From a virus: DNA of 64,000 bases. Every line of letters starts with the position of its first letter. Position 1 is the first letter of the stretch. Below the pieces are notes generated by a model, which saw only the letters and a list, made by a program, of their open reading frames with translations, had not been told where the DNA came from and ran no database searches. The stretch lies in the IMG/VR virus record IMGVR_UViG_2922401287_000005, positions 29,641 through 93,640 of that record; one strand, written 5' to 3'. This document shows, piece after piece, positions 54,564-63,382 of this stretch. Both the position numbers and the translations under genes were made by a program.

Positions 54564-54790
54564 TCCGCGCCGGTCCAGATGATGCGGACCATCTCGGTCG
54601 GCAGCATCGCGCCCGGGTCGCCCGGCAATGGCCCCCACCCGATGATGTAGCGCCACTCGCCGACAACCGGGATGCGAGCCATGTCGACTGACCGCATCTC
54701 GTAGGTCACGGCGCGCTCACCGCTGTTGAGCGCCTTGATCTGATCGGCTGCGGTGATGGCGTCGCCGACACGCTCCAACAGCGTTGTCAT
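54548..54790 (-). CDS. Hypothetical protein (80 aa)
   Basis: MTTLLERVGD...; overlaps the thyX stop. Confidence 0.55.
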   Translation of the reverse strand: MTTLLERVGDAITAADQIKALNSGERAVTYEMRSVDMARIPVVGEWRYIIGWGPLPGDPGAMLPTEMVRIIWTGAEWVIS

Positions 54791-55500
54791 GCCACGCTCT
54801 CCTTCCACGCCTTCACGCACTCCGGCACGATCGGCTCGATCAGCTGCAGCATCGCCTCGGCATAGACCCGGATCTCGTATTGAGAATGCGAGTGATGGCG
54901 CAGCGTGAGGAACTTCATCAGGTTCAGCAGGTCAACGCTCGCGAACTGGTGCGAGTATGTCGCGAACGGGAGAATGATCCGCGCGAGCTCGCGCGGCATC
55001 CCCTCGGCCAGGTGCTTGCGGTAGAGCGCGAAGCCTTGCTCCATGTAGGAGCGCTGCTCATCCTCCCAGCGCAGAAATTTTTGCCACTCCTCCGCCGAAT
55101 ACCCGTCGACGCCACCGATGTCGCGGACCTGCTTGTTCACCTTGCTCTGCGTGCCGTAATGCTCCGGCTTCGGCACATAGAACTCCTCGGGGAGCTCGGT
55201 GTACCGGGCGGACACTTCGTTGTATGACCACGTGCGATGCCGGTGCCATTGCCGGAACACGAAGATCGGCGCCTTCACCTCGAAGGTGAACGTCACCGCC
55301 TCGAACGGCGAGGTGTGGTGGTTGCGCCAGAGATAGCGGATCAGCCGATGGTCACTGCCGGTGTCCTCGCCGGCGCGCCATGCCGCGTCGTAAGACACGC
55401 GGGCGGCGCGGACCACGGACAGGTCGCTGCCCATGCTGTCGACCAGGCGCGCGTAGCCATGGTCGAGGACGTCGATCTTATTGGACGGATTGTCGTTCAC
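54787..55500 (-). CDS. thyX: FAD-dependent thymidylate synthase
   Basis: RHRTWSYNEVSARY (RHRx7SxR), AARVSY, HTSPFE, ELARIILP; GTG start after AAGGAGACC. Confidence 0.95.
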   Translation of the reverse strand: MNDNPSNKIDVLDHGYARLVDSMGSDLSVVRAARVSYDAAWRAGEDTGSDHRLIRYLWRNHHTSPFEAVTFTFEVKAPIFVFRQWHRHRTWSYNEVSARYTELPEEFYVPKPEHYGTQSKVNKQVRDIGGVDGYSAEEWQKFLRWEDEQRSYMEQGFALYRKHLAEGMPRELARIILPFATYSHQFASVDLLNLMKFLTLRHHSHSQYEIRVYAEAMLQLIEPIVPECVKAWKESVA

Positions 55501-55756
55501 TGTTGGTCTCCTTGGTTTTGGTCTTGCCAAACTGGCCGTGCGAAGCGCCCCGTTTGGCAGGTTCTGCGTATTCGAGAGTGGTCCAGCGGAAGCCGCAGCC
55601 GAGACATTCCCGGCGGCGGCGCATCGTGCGGGTCCGCGTCGAGCGTCCATTGACGAGGACGTGCGAATGGATCACGCGAGATTCGATGACGCGGGACGGG
55701 ACCAGCTTGCGCGGTCCCGGCTTGCTCGGCTTGCAGCGCATGCAGATGATCGACAT
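55478..55756 (-). CDS. NrdR-like Zn-ribbon protein without an ATP cone
   Basis: CMRC...VIESR...MRRRRECLGCGFRWTTLE. Confidence 0.7.
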   Translation of the reverse strand: MSIICMRCKPSKPGPRKLVPSRVIESRVIHSHVLVNGRSTRTRTMRRRRECLGCGFRWTTLEYAEPAKRGASHGQFGKTKTKETNSERQSVQ

Positions 55757-56121
55757 CAGAAGTCGCTCTGCTCCGCCTCCTCGGCCTCAATCCGAGTGAT
55801 CGCCCACTTGAGATAGTTGGCGAGGTCGAGCGCCTCCTCGTAGGCGTGCTGCAGCCGGCCGCGGAGCGAGAAGTTCGGCTGCTCGCCGAGCGTCTTGCCG
55901 TACTTGGCGATGCCGAGCTGGGAGCGCTGCAGCAGGTCGGTGCGGACCGCGTCGATGACGCTGTCGCGCCGCGCCTCGACGTGACCGCACTCGTTGCGAA
56001 CCAGCACGCCGTCGACGACGATGGTGAGCGGGAGATTGTAGGAGTTCTCACGCTCTTTGATGATGCGGCCGTTCTCGATGACGAGGTCGGCGCTGTTGTA
56101 TAGTTGGGTATTGCCTCTCAT
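55756..56121 (-). CDS. MazG/HisE-like all-alpha pyrophosphohydrolase-like protein
   Basis: RSQLGIAKYG...LQHAYEEALDLANY. Confidence 0.6.
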   Translation of the reverse strand: MRGNTQLYNSADLVIENGRIIKERENSYNLPLTIVVDGVLVRNECGHVEARRDSVIDAVRTDLLQRSQLGIAKYGKTLGEQPNFSLRGRLQHAYEEALDLANYLKWAITRIEAEEAEQSDF

Positions 56122-56137
56122 TCTGGTCTCCTTGGGG

Positions 56138-56392
56138 TTAGACGTTGATCGGGCCGTTCGCGATCGCCCGGGCCCATCTCGGGTCGGTGTCGCGACAGCT
56201 GGGCCGCCCGCGCTTCTCGGGCCTGCGAAGCCCGAGGACGGAGGCGGAGGTGGCGGCATAGCGGGGGTGCAATCCCTCCGCCCTGCATGCTTCAGCGGAG
56301 GCCGCTGGCCCCTGCTCCATGTGGATCGCGACGAGCTCGAGCTCGCGCTTGAGCGAGACCTTGCGGCGTCGATTGTGTCCGGTCTGGACCAT
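56138..56392 (-). CDS. Hypothetical protein
   Basis: Hairpin + AAGGAGACC RBS at the start; a second hairpin inside makes the 3' half doubtful. Confidence 0.4.
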   Translation of the reverse strand: MVQTGHNRRRKVSLKRELELVAIHMEQGPAASAEACRAEGLHPRYAATSASVLGLRRPEKRGRPSCRDTDPRWARAIANGPINV

Positions 56393-56442
56393 GATCGGTC
56401 TCCTTGTGCTGCCCTGCTGCGAACAGGGGGTTGGGTGAGGCG

Positions 56443-57129
56443 TTAGCGGGGATCTCCCTTGATCTCGATGGCGCCAATCGGCCCACCTGGCTGGTCGTCA
56501 TCGAATACGCCGACGACCAGCCGGCCAGTGTGATAGGCGCGGGTGTCGAGGTTGGTGCGGCCCTTGAAGAGCTTGGGGCCGTCCTCGAAGTAATCGTGGC
56601 CGTGCACGACGTGGAGGTCGCGATAGCCGTCCTCGGCGCCAACCGGATAGCGCGACCAGAGCAGCAACTCGGTGCCCTGCTGCTCCAGCGGCACGCCCTG
56701 CTTGACGTAGGCGTGCACGAACACGCGGTGCGCGTCGACGTGATACAGCGGCAGCTGGTCCATCCAGTCGATGTGCGCCTCCGGTACGACGGTCGGGTCG
56801 TAGTCGCCGTACCTCACATGACCGTACGACATCAGCGTGGTGCCGCCGCCATTGGTGATCCACCAGTTGTGATCCAGCGGCTTGCGCAGGGTCTGGACCA
56901 TCATGTCCTCGTGGTTGCCCTTGAGGCAGATGAATGGCAGGCCGCGCGCCTGCGCCTCCATCAGCGTCTCGATGATGCCTTTGCTCTGCGGGCCACGGTC
57001 GATGTAGTCGCCGAGCGTGATGATCTTGTGCTTCACGCCCTTGGCGTGGGCCTTGATGGACCACAGGGCGCGCTCGAGAAGATCGTAGCGGCCGTGCAGG
57101 TCCGCGATTGCATAGGTCCTTGACGTCAT
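56443..57129 (-). CDS. Metallophosphoesterase (NinI-like Ser/Thr phosphatase)
   Basis: DLHG, GDYIDRG, GNHE, FVHA and HGH motifs. Confidence 0.92.
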   Translation of the reverse strand: MTSRTYAIADLHGRYDLLERALWSIKAHAKGVKHKIITLGDYIDRGPQSKGIIETLMEAQARGLPFICLKGNHEDMMVQTLRKPLDHNWWITNGGGTTLMSYGHVRYGDYDPTVVPEAHIDWMDQLPLYHVDAHRVFVHAYVKQGVPLEQQGTELLLWSRYPVGAEDGYRDLHVVHGHDYFEDGPKLFKGRTNLDTRAYHTGRLVVGVFDDDQPGGPIGAIEIKGDPR

Positions 57130-57130
57130 T

Positions 57131-57583
57131 TCAACCCCTCACCCGAACACGATCGCGGCGCAGGCCGCGCGAGATGATCTTGAGGCCGTACAGCACCCAT
57201 TGCGGGATTTCAGCCTCGTCGATGGAATAGGTCTTGGCGGCCCAGAAGCCGACGGACTGGGCCACGTCGTCCGGCTCGTGCTTGAAGTAGCGCGGCATCC
57301 AGCCGAGCGCCTCCTCGCACAACTCGATCTCGATGCCGGACGGCGGGATGCGCTGGCGGTTCTGCTCGCGCTCCCATGCCTCCAGCTGCCCGGCCTCCTG
57401 CAGCTCGCGCTTGAACGCGAACAGCTCCGCCGCCGTCATCGCCTCGAAGCGCGGCCAGGCCGTGCCGAACTGCTTCGGCCAGATCCGCATCGGCGTGCGG
57501 CGCACGACCGAGGCGGCCTCGATCAACCGGCTGCCAACCAGACCATAATGCCAGACCCGCTCATGAAGGTTCAGGTTCACCAT
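57131..57583 (-). CDS. Phage hypothetical protein
   Basis: RLIEAA...P...IELCEEALGW motif; ATG overlaps the primase stop. Confidence 0.65.
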   Translation of the reverse strand: MVNLNLHERVWHYGLVGSRLIEAASVVRRTPMRIWPKQFGTAWPRFEAMTAAELFAFKRELQEAGQLEAWEREQNRQRIPPSGIEIELCEEALGWMPRYFKHEPDDVAQSVGFWAAKTYSIDEAEIPQWVLYGLKIISRGLRRDRVRVRG

Positions 57584-59973
57584 CACTCGCTCGCTCCCTC
57601 CAGCTCCGGCTCGCCGACGCTCTGCCCGGTCTCCTGCCCGGGCACGGGCTCCATCAGCTCCATCTCCGGCTCGACCAGCGGCGCATCGTCGCCGTCGAAC
57701 TGCTCCCAATTGGTTTCGTTCTGATCGACCGGATCGCCCTCGTCGACCGGCGCCGCCTGCGGCGCGGTCTCCTGCTCGGGTGCCGCGATCATGCGCGCCT
57801 CGCCGCGAACCCGCTTGCCGGTGATCCAGACCCACGGATTGTCGCGACCGATCACGCCGGAGCGGATCAGGAAGTCGTTGGCGCGCTGCAGCGCCTTCTT
57901 GACGGCGTCCTCGCTGTCATCCTCGGCATAGTATTTCCGGTAGGCGGCGAACCAATAGCTGCGGTTGACGACGCGGGTGATCGCCTTGGGCAGCCGCAGG
58001 CTCGGCGGCGCCGCGATGCCGCTCTCCTCCATCGCCCGGAGCAGCGCGCGATAGACGTTGGCGCGCTGGTCGGTGAGCTGCACACCGCTCTCTTGCACGG
58101 TCTTGTCGGCCTCGCGGCTCTTCGGCGTGTCGATCCATTCGACCACGGCGCCCGGGATGATCTCGTTGTCCTCGTCGTAGCCGCAGATCACGCCGCGCAG
58201 GTAGAAGTCCGTGACTTCGCCATCCTCGCCCTCGCGCTGCTTGGACATCCGGGTGAAGCGACGGTCGCGCAGGTTGTTGCCGTCCTTGATCCTGGGCGGC
58301 GCGTCCTTCTCGGTGTGGTCGTAGCGGCCGACATGGATGGCAGTCTCGAAGGCGGCGTAGAGTGAGGTGTGGCCGCGCGGCCCGGTGCCGGATGCGTTCA
58401 TGTGATGGACGAGCCACAGCCCGGTGTTCAGCTCCTCGCGGATGCGGTCGAGCCGCGACATCACGAGGCCGACCTCCTTGCCGTTGATCTCGTCCATCGC
58501 GGGCGTGACCTTGTTCAGCGTGTCGATCACGACCGCTTCGAGCTCGACCTGATCGTTCGGATAGGTCGCGTTCCACCACGCGACCCAGTATTTGCACTCG
58601 GCGATCAGCTCGGTGACCTGCTGGTCGTTGCCGAATAGGTCGAACTTCTTGGTCAGGCAGATGAACGGCAGATACACATCGTCAGGCAGACCCTTGCCCG
58701 CCGCATAGCCCGCGAACCGCTTGTAGACGAAGCCGGAGCCCGCCTCCGCCGCGCAATAGATCACGAGCCCGCGACGCACCTTGCGGCCGAGGTATTCCCC
58801 GCCCTGCGAGACCGCCATCGCCATGTCCTGGGTGAAGAAGCTCTTGCCCGACTGCGACGCGCCGTAGATCAGCACGGTCTCCCGGCGGGGGATCAGACCC
58901 TTGATGATGTATTCATACTTCTGCTGCGCGGTGCGCGGCTCGCCCCACACCACGGCGCCGAACTTCGACTTGAAGTTCTTGCTGAGCCACGCGAGGTCGA
59001 GCGCGGCGGTGTATTCGGCCGCCGTGCACGACTTCTCGTCGACCAGCCGGTAGAGCGCCTCCGAGGTGCCGCCGGCGGCGATCCAGTCCGAGGTGTCGCC
59101 CTTCTCCGGCAGGTCGGGCAGCGACAGGATGCGAATGCTTTCGGCGGCGCCCTCCAGCTTGGAGGCGACCAGCTTGACGTGATCCTGGCCGGGCAACACC
59201 GGGCGTCCATCGGGATGGAAGCGCGGTTCACCGGTGCGCGGGTTCTTGGCCTGCGGATCGTTGTCGGGCGGGATAACGACGTTGGCGCCCCTGAAATACT
59301 GCGTCAGCTCCTCGGGCCACTTCCCGGCGCCGCCTGCGTTGCAGGTCGCGGGAACGCCCATGGCCCACAGATTGTCGACGTCCTTCTCGCCCTCGACGAC
59401 GAAGATGGTGCGCTCGTCGGCGATCGCCTCCAACAGCTCGGGCAGCCGGTACGGGACCTGCGGCTTGACGTCCTGCTTCCAGACCCAGCCGTTCTTGATG
59501 TCGTTCGGGTCGTCATCCTTGCGCGGCTTGCGGCGCTGCAGGAAATTCTTCGGCTCCATACGGACGACCTGAAACAGGAACTCGCCGCTGGCGTCGACAT
59601 AGTCGTAGGTCTTGACGATCTTGGGCTTCGGACCGTCCTGCTTTGGCTTCGCCGGCGCCGGAGCCGGACGCTCGCGCTGATCGCGCTGATCGCGTCGCTC
59701 AGACCGCTGCTCGGGTGCGCGATCCTCGATCTCCAGCTTCAGCTCGGTCCGCATCCACTCGATGGCGTCCTTGCCCTCGAGTCCCATCTCGCGCTTGATC
59801 AGCGCGAGCGTGCCGCCGCCCTCGCCGGATTCGAAGTCATCCCAGAAGCCGGTGTCGGTGTTGACGCGGAGCGAGCCGCGCTTGCCGTAGCGCAACTCGT
59901 CCTTCTTGCTGGACGTCGGCTTGCCGAACAGAGCGTCGGCGACCGTTTCGATATTTTTACCCCAGTCGTCCAT
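57583..59973 (-). CDS. Primase-helicase (Toprim + RepA-like AAA_25 helicase)
   Basis: VVEGEKDVD, PDND, GDTSDW; Walker A YGASQSGKSF; VIDTL; HHMN...PRGHTSL. Confidence 0.9.
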   Translation of the reverse strand: MDDWGKNIETVADALFGKPTSSKKDELRYGKRGSLRVNTDTGFWDDFESGEGGGTLALIKREMGLEGKDAIEWMRTELKLEIEDRAPEQRSERRDQRDQRERPAPAPAKPKQDGPKPKIVKTYDYVDASGEFLFQVVRMEPKNFLQRRKPRKDDDPNDIKNGWVWKQDVKPQVPYRLPELLEAIADERTIFVVEGEKDVDNLWAMGVPATCNAGGAGKWPEELTQYFRGANVVIPPDNDPQAKNPRTGEPRFHPDGRPVLPGQDHVKLVASKLEGAAESIRILSLPDLPEKGDTSDWIAAGGTSEALYRLVDEKSCTAAEYTAALDLAWLSKNFKSKFGAVVWGEPRTAQQKYEYIIKGLIPRRETVLIYGASQSGKSFFTQDMAMAVSQGGEYLGRKVRRGLVIYCAAEAGSGFVYKRFAGYAAGKGLPDDVYLPFICLTKKFDLFGNDQQVTELIAECKYWVAWWNATYPNDQVELEAVVIDTLNKVTPAMDEINGKEVGLVMSRLDRIREELNTGLWLVHHMNASGTGPRGHTSLYAAFETAIHVGRYDHTEKDAPPRIKDGNNLRDRRFTRMSKQREGEDGEVTDFYLRGVICGYDEDNEIIPGAVVEWIDTPKSREADKTVQESGVQLTDQRANVYRALLRAMEESGIAAPPSLRLPKAITRVVNRSYWFAAYRKYYAEDDSEDAVKKALQRANDFLIRSGVIGRDNPWVWITGKRVRGEARMIAAPEQETAPQAAPVDEGDPVDQNETNWEQFDGDDAPLVEPEMELMEPVPGQETGQSVGEPELEGASE

Positions 59974-59976
59974 CTC

Positions 59977-60168
59977 TCAAATATCCAGTACGGCAGCGTA
60001 AAGGCCGTGGTTCGCAACAGCGTCGAGGATGGAGGCCGCGAACTCGTCGTATTCGACACCGCGCCTCTTTGCCTCTGCCCTCAAATCAACCGAGACGTTC
60101 GGCGTAACTCGCACCGTCAACGTCGATTTCCGCGCCTCGTCCGGCGCGACCTTCCTGCACATTCCCAA
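59977..60168 (-). CDS. Small ribbon-helix-helix-like protein
   Basis: TLTVRVTPNVSVDLRAEAKRRGV. Confidence 0.55.
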   Translation of the reverse strand: MGMCRKVAPDEARKSTLTVRVTPNVSVDLRAEAKRRGVEYDEFAASILDAVANHGLYAAVLDI

Positions 60169-60192
60169 GCCCCCGCTCCTTGTGATGCTCGA

Positions 60193-60531
60193 TCAGGCGT
60201 GTCCGGACACCTGGCCGTCGTATCCACCGGATGGACGCCCCAAGGCCTCCCACCCGGCGTTCAGTCGTTCGCAGAACTCGATCTGCTCCTCGATCAACCC
60301 CGCCATGGCGAGGGCGTCGTCGCTGCCCTTGCCATCTGCACGGAATGCCTTGGCGATGGAGCGCGCCGCGTCTGTCGTCAGGGCATTCCACTTCCGCGAG
60401 GTCGAAAACTTTAGGACCACGCAGTAACCGCGAAGTTCATCGAACACGCGGCCGCAAACGAGTTCCTGTCCCGGCTCGATATGGATGACCCAGCCTGCGT
60501 CACCCCACTTGATTGGCGCCTCCGATGTCAT
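60193..60531 (-). CDS. Hypothetical protein (112 aa)
   Basis: MTSEAPIKWG...; coupled overlap. Confidence 0.55.
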   Translation of the reverse strand: MTSEAPIKWGDAGWVIHIEPGQELVCGRVFDELRGYCVVLKFSTSRKWNALTTDAARSIAKAFRADGKGSDDALAMAGLIEEQIEFCERLNAGWEALGRPSGGYDGQVSGHA

Positions 60532-60812
60532 GGCGCTTTCTTCCGCGTTTTCGCGTCGATGACGGCGTCCACGTCCTCCTTGTTGGTGATCAGGAAATTC
60601 AGCGCGTTGCAGATCGCCTTGCGCGCGCGCACGTCGCTCTCGCGCCGCGCGATGTCGGCCGGCGTCGCGTCGGGATTGGTGCGCGTCGCATGCAGCATGG
60701 TCTCCGCGTAGACGAAATCGTTGTAGGCAATCTCCCAGAGACCCTGCGAGGTATGCGGGACGACCTTCTGCCGGGTCGCGCTGTCGAAGTTCACTGAGTG
60801 GGTACTCACCAT
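60528..60812 (-). CDS. Hypothetical protein (94 aa)
   Basis: MVSTHSVNFD...; coupled overlap. Confidence 0.55.
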   Translation of the reverse strand: MVSTHSVNFDSATRQKVVPHTSQGLWEIAYNDFVYAETMLHATRTNPDATPADIARRESDVRARKAICNALNFLITNKEDVDAVIDAKTRKKAP

Positions 60813-61342
60813 GCGAGGACCCCCGCGGTGAACGCATCGCGTGGGACCTGGCCGTAGGGCGCGAAGGTCGAGCAGCCCCAGATCCACATGCCGCCAGCAT
60901 CGGCGGCGTTGTCGTCGACGGCGACCCAGCCGACGTTCTTGCAGTAGGCAAGCATCGCCTGCTTGGCCCCGTCGCGGCCGTGAAACTTGGCGGTGCCGAG
61001 CGCCATCGCGCGCCACGTCTGGACCGCGACCGACCAGCATTGCACGTTGCGACTGCGTGCCATGCCGCAGATGCATCCATACAATCCATGCAAGAGCTGC
61101 GTGGTGCCGTAGTTGCTCTCGCCCTTGATGTAGAAGGGCTGCTCGACCACGATCAGCGCAGGCTGATGCTTCACGATCAGATCGTCGACCGCGCGCGCGC
61201 ACCGGCCGTACACCTCGATGTCCGGGGTGTTGTCGTTGCCGAGCGTGACCGTGCCGAGTTCGGGCGTGCCCCCAATGGGGCCCGCGCCGTAGCCGAGCTT
61301 ACGCGACGGGTCGAATGTCAGGATGGACGGCTTGGTCGTCAT
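60806..61342 (-). CDS. RuvC-like Holliday junction resolvase
   Basis: ILTFDPS, IVVEQP, DDNAADA acidic motifs. Confidence 0.8.
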   Translation of the reverse strand: MTTKPSILTFDPSRKLGYGAGPIGGTPELGTVTLGNDNTPDIEVYGRCARAVDDLIVKHQPALIVVEQPFYIKGESNYGTTQLLHGLYGCICGMARSRNVQCWSVAVQTWRAMALGTAKFHGRDGAKQAMLAYCKNVGWVAVDDNAADAGGMWIWGCSTFAPYGQVPRDAFTAGVLAW

Positions 61343-61381
61343 CGCACACCGTCGGAACGAAGTGCGGTATGCGACTGATAC

Positions 61382-61942
61382 TCACGCTTCAACACCAACG
61401 GCGGCATGACTGGTCCCCTTGGAAAATCTGATCGTTCTGTCGTGGGCGATCCGGTGGTGCTGCGAACACCACGAACAGCCTTCTCCAACTACCGGTGCGC
61501 CGCAGTAGAAATACGGGGGCGTGTCGTGAAAATTGCCGAGCGGCCAATGACATTGGTCGTTGCGCAGCTCGAGCAGCGTCGGCGAACGCGGCTCGCCGCT
61601 TTCGGCGTCGACCGCGCGCTCCGTGACGGGCACGGCGGATTTCTTGTTGACTATAATCGCAGGCTCCGGCGTGGAGCCCTTGCGTGCGGCGATGACCTTG
61701 GCGACCCTTGGCGCGGTATTGACTGCACCCGGCGTAGCCGGACTCGGCCTGCGCGCCTTGGCGACGTTGGAGGGCTTGCGCCAGAACGAAAGCCCCAGCC
61801 TGTGCACCTTGCCGATGACGGCGTTGCGCGACAGCGTGTAGCCATCCGCCTTCATCGCAGCCTCCGCCTCGCCGGCGGACATCTTCTCCACCATCACGTA
61901 GTGGCGGAGCTTCTCGATCATGGTGTCGGACCAATCACCCAC
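61382..61942 (-). CDS. gcrA: GcrA-family transcriptional regulator
   Basis: SRNAVIGKVHRLGL and LLELRNDQCHWPLG...YFYCG...CSWCSQH. Confidence 0.9.
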   Translation of the reverse strand: MGDWSDTMIEKLRHYVMVEKMSAGEAEAAMKADGYTLSRNAVIGKVHRLGLSFWRKPSNVAKARRPSPATPGAVNTAPRVAKVIAARKGSTPEPAIIVNKKSAVPVTERAVDAESGEPRSPTLLELRNDQCHWPLGNFHDTPPYFYCGAPVVGEGCSWCSQHHRIAHDRTIRFSKGTSHAAVGVEA

Positions 61943-61953
61943 GATTGGTCTCC

Positions 61954-62391
61954 TCAGACTTCGCTGGTCGTCTGCGCGCCGCCAGCGTCGCCGCCCAGGA
62001 TGCGAAGCACTTCGTCAAGCGAAGCAAGAGCTTCACGGCAATGCGGCGCGGAAGAGCCCTCCAGCTTTCGGCGTGCCATCGCGACCCCGTCGAGGGCGAT
62101 GCGCCACTCGGCGGCGTCGGCTGCTTCCCGCAGCACGTCCATTTCCCATGCATCAATTCTTCGTGCTTCCCCATACCAAATGTCCCTCGCTCGCCCGTAA
62201 GCGATGCCCGTGCGTTCTGATGTTCGTGTGATTGCTGCCTTGACGTAGTCCCCCGCAGGGCATGGCTCGCTTGCGCGCTTCGCGAGATGCGCGGCGATCT
62301 CGGACGTTTTTTCCGAGCGGGAGGACGGCTTTTCTGTGCGTAAGGACTTGACGGCGCTCGAATCAACCAGCGCAATGGTTAGGTTACTCAT
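61954..62391 (-). CDS. Phage regulatory protein (cII position)
   Basis: VKAAITRTSERTGIAYGRARDIWYGEARRID; downstream of cro. Confidence 0.65.
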   Translation of the reverse strand: MSNLTIALVDSSAVKSLRTEKPSSRSEKTSEIAAHLAKRASEPCPAGDYVKAAITRTSERTGIAYGRARDIWYGEARRIDAWEMDVLREAADAAEWRIALDGVAMARRKLEGSSAPHCREALASLDEVLRILGGDAGGAQTTSEV

Positions 62392-62612
62392 GCGCGCACC
62401 TGCTGAAGCGAGTACGCGCCACCACGATCGTTTAGATCGCTGCGACCGTCGTTTAGATCATTAAGACTAAAACTATAGGCCTGTGACGCCCTCACCTTTT
62501 TTTGAGTACGAGAGTTTTTGCATGACCCAAGTTCTAAGGAAATGCTTGCGCTGGAACAGCGCAACCAGTCATAGAATTGCCGCAACTGGCGAGAAGGCCG
62601 AAAGAGCCGAGA

Positions 62613-62840
62613 ATGGTTACAGATGCTTTGGAAGTGCGCACCCTCGACAAGGATCTGCTTCAGCCGATCGAGGTGAAATACATCGACGCCGACCGCTTCG
62701 AGTTCACGTTCCGCACCCGGAACGGCACGCTTGTGAAAAGCGTGTTGAACGCAGTGGGCATGGTCCACTGCATCAACCTCGCGATGAAGGCACTCAACGA
62801 GTACCCCACGCAGGCACTGCACGATCTGCTGTCGCTGTAG
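62613..62840 (+). CDS. Counter-oriented hypothetical protein (75 aa)
   Basis: MVTDALEVRTL...; sits between cro and the cII-position gene. Confidence 0.5.
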   Translation: MVTDALEVRTLDKDLLQPIEVKYIDADRFEFTFRTRNGTLVKSVLNAVGMVHCINLAMKALNEYPTQALHDLLSL

Positions 62841-62848
62841 CCTGCCCA

Positions 62849-63142
62849 TCAGCGCTTTGCCCGTTTTTTAACCGCAGCCTTGCCTCGCTTTTGAGCGGGC
62901 TTGGAGCGTGCGGCCATGGCGGGCTGGGTCTTGGCGATCGCGGGCAGATGATCGTCCGCGGTCACGAGACCCTTGGTGGCGTGCTTGATGCGCGCCCAGA
63001 CGGTGGGCGTCGGGTAGTGCAGGAATTTTCGGTATCTGGTGACGGACCAGCGCGCGACGCCGATCTTGTCGGCGAACTGCTGGTCGGCACCCGACGGCGA
63101 AACGTCGGGATACGCAACCGCGTAGTATTCTGCGAGCGTCAT
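62849..63142 (-). CDS. Cro-like repressor
   Basis: MTLAEY...FADKIGVARWSVTRY...IKHATKGLVTADD; divergent from cI. Confidence 0.8.
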   Translation of the reverse strand: MTLAEYYAVAYPDVSPSGADQQFADKIGVARWSVTRYRKFLHYPTPTVWARIKHATKGLVTADDHLPAIAKTQPAMAARSKPAQKRGKAAVKKRAKR

Positions 63143-63185
63143 TGGCTTTCCGGTGATGGAGGTGGGCGCGTCCGTCACCGACAAA

Positions 63186-63244
63186 TGCACCATATAGGTG
63201 CACTGGTCAAGACGTCACACGCGGCTCCCTACACCTTTTCGGTG
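63186..63244. promoter_or_regulatory. Operator pair between cro and cI
   Basis: TGCACC atata GGTGCA (63186-63202) and CACC ttttc GGTG (63232-63244). Confidence 0.7.
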
Positions 63245-63382
63245 AAATGACACATGGCAGTACGTTTGGTACCGAACAGCGTGACTCAAAAAATACTTCA
63301 AGCGCACGGAATAGTCCCCTGCCCGGGCGACTCTGTTACGACGGTTCACTCCCGGTTGAGCGAAACTTTGACTAGTACAGAG

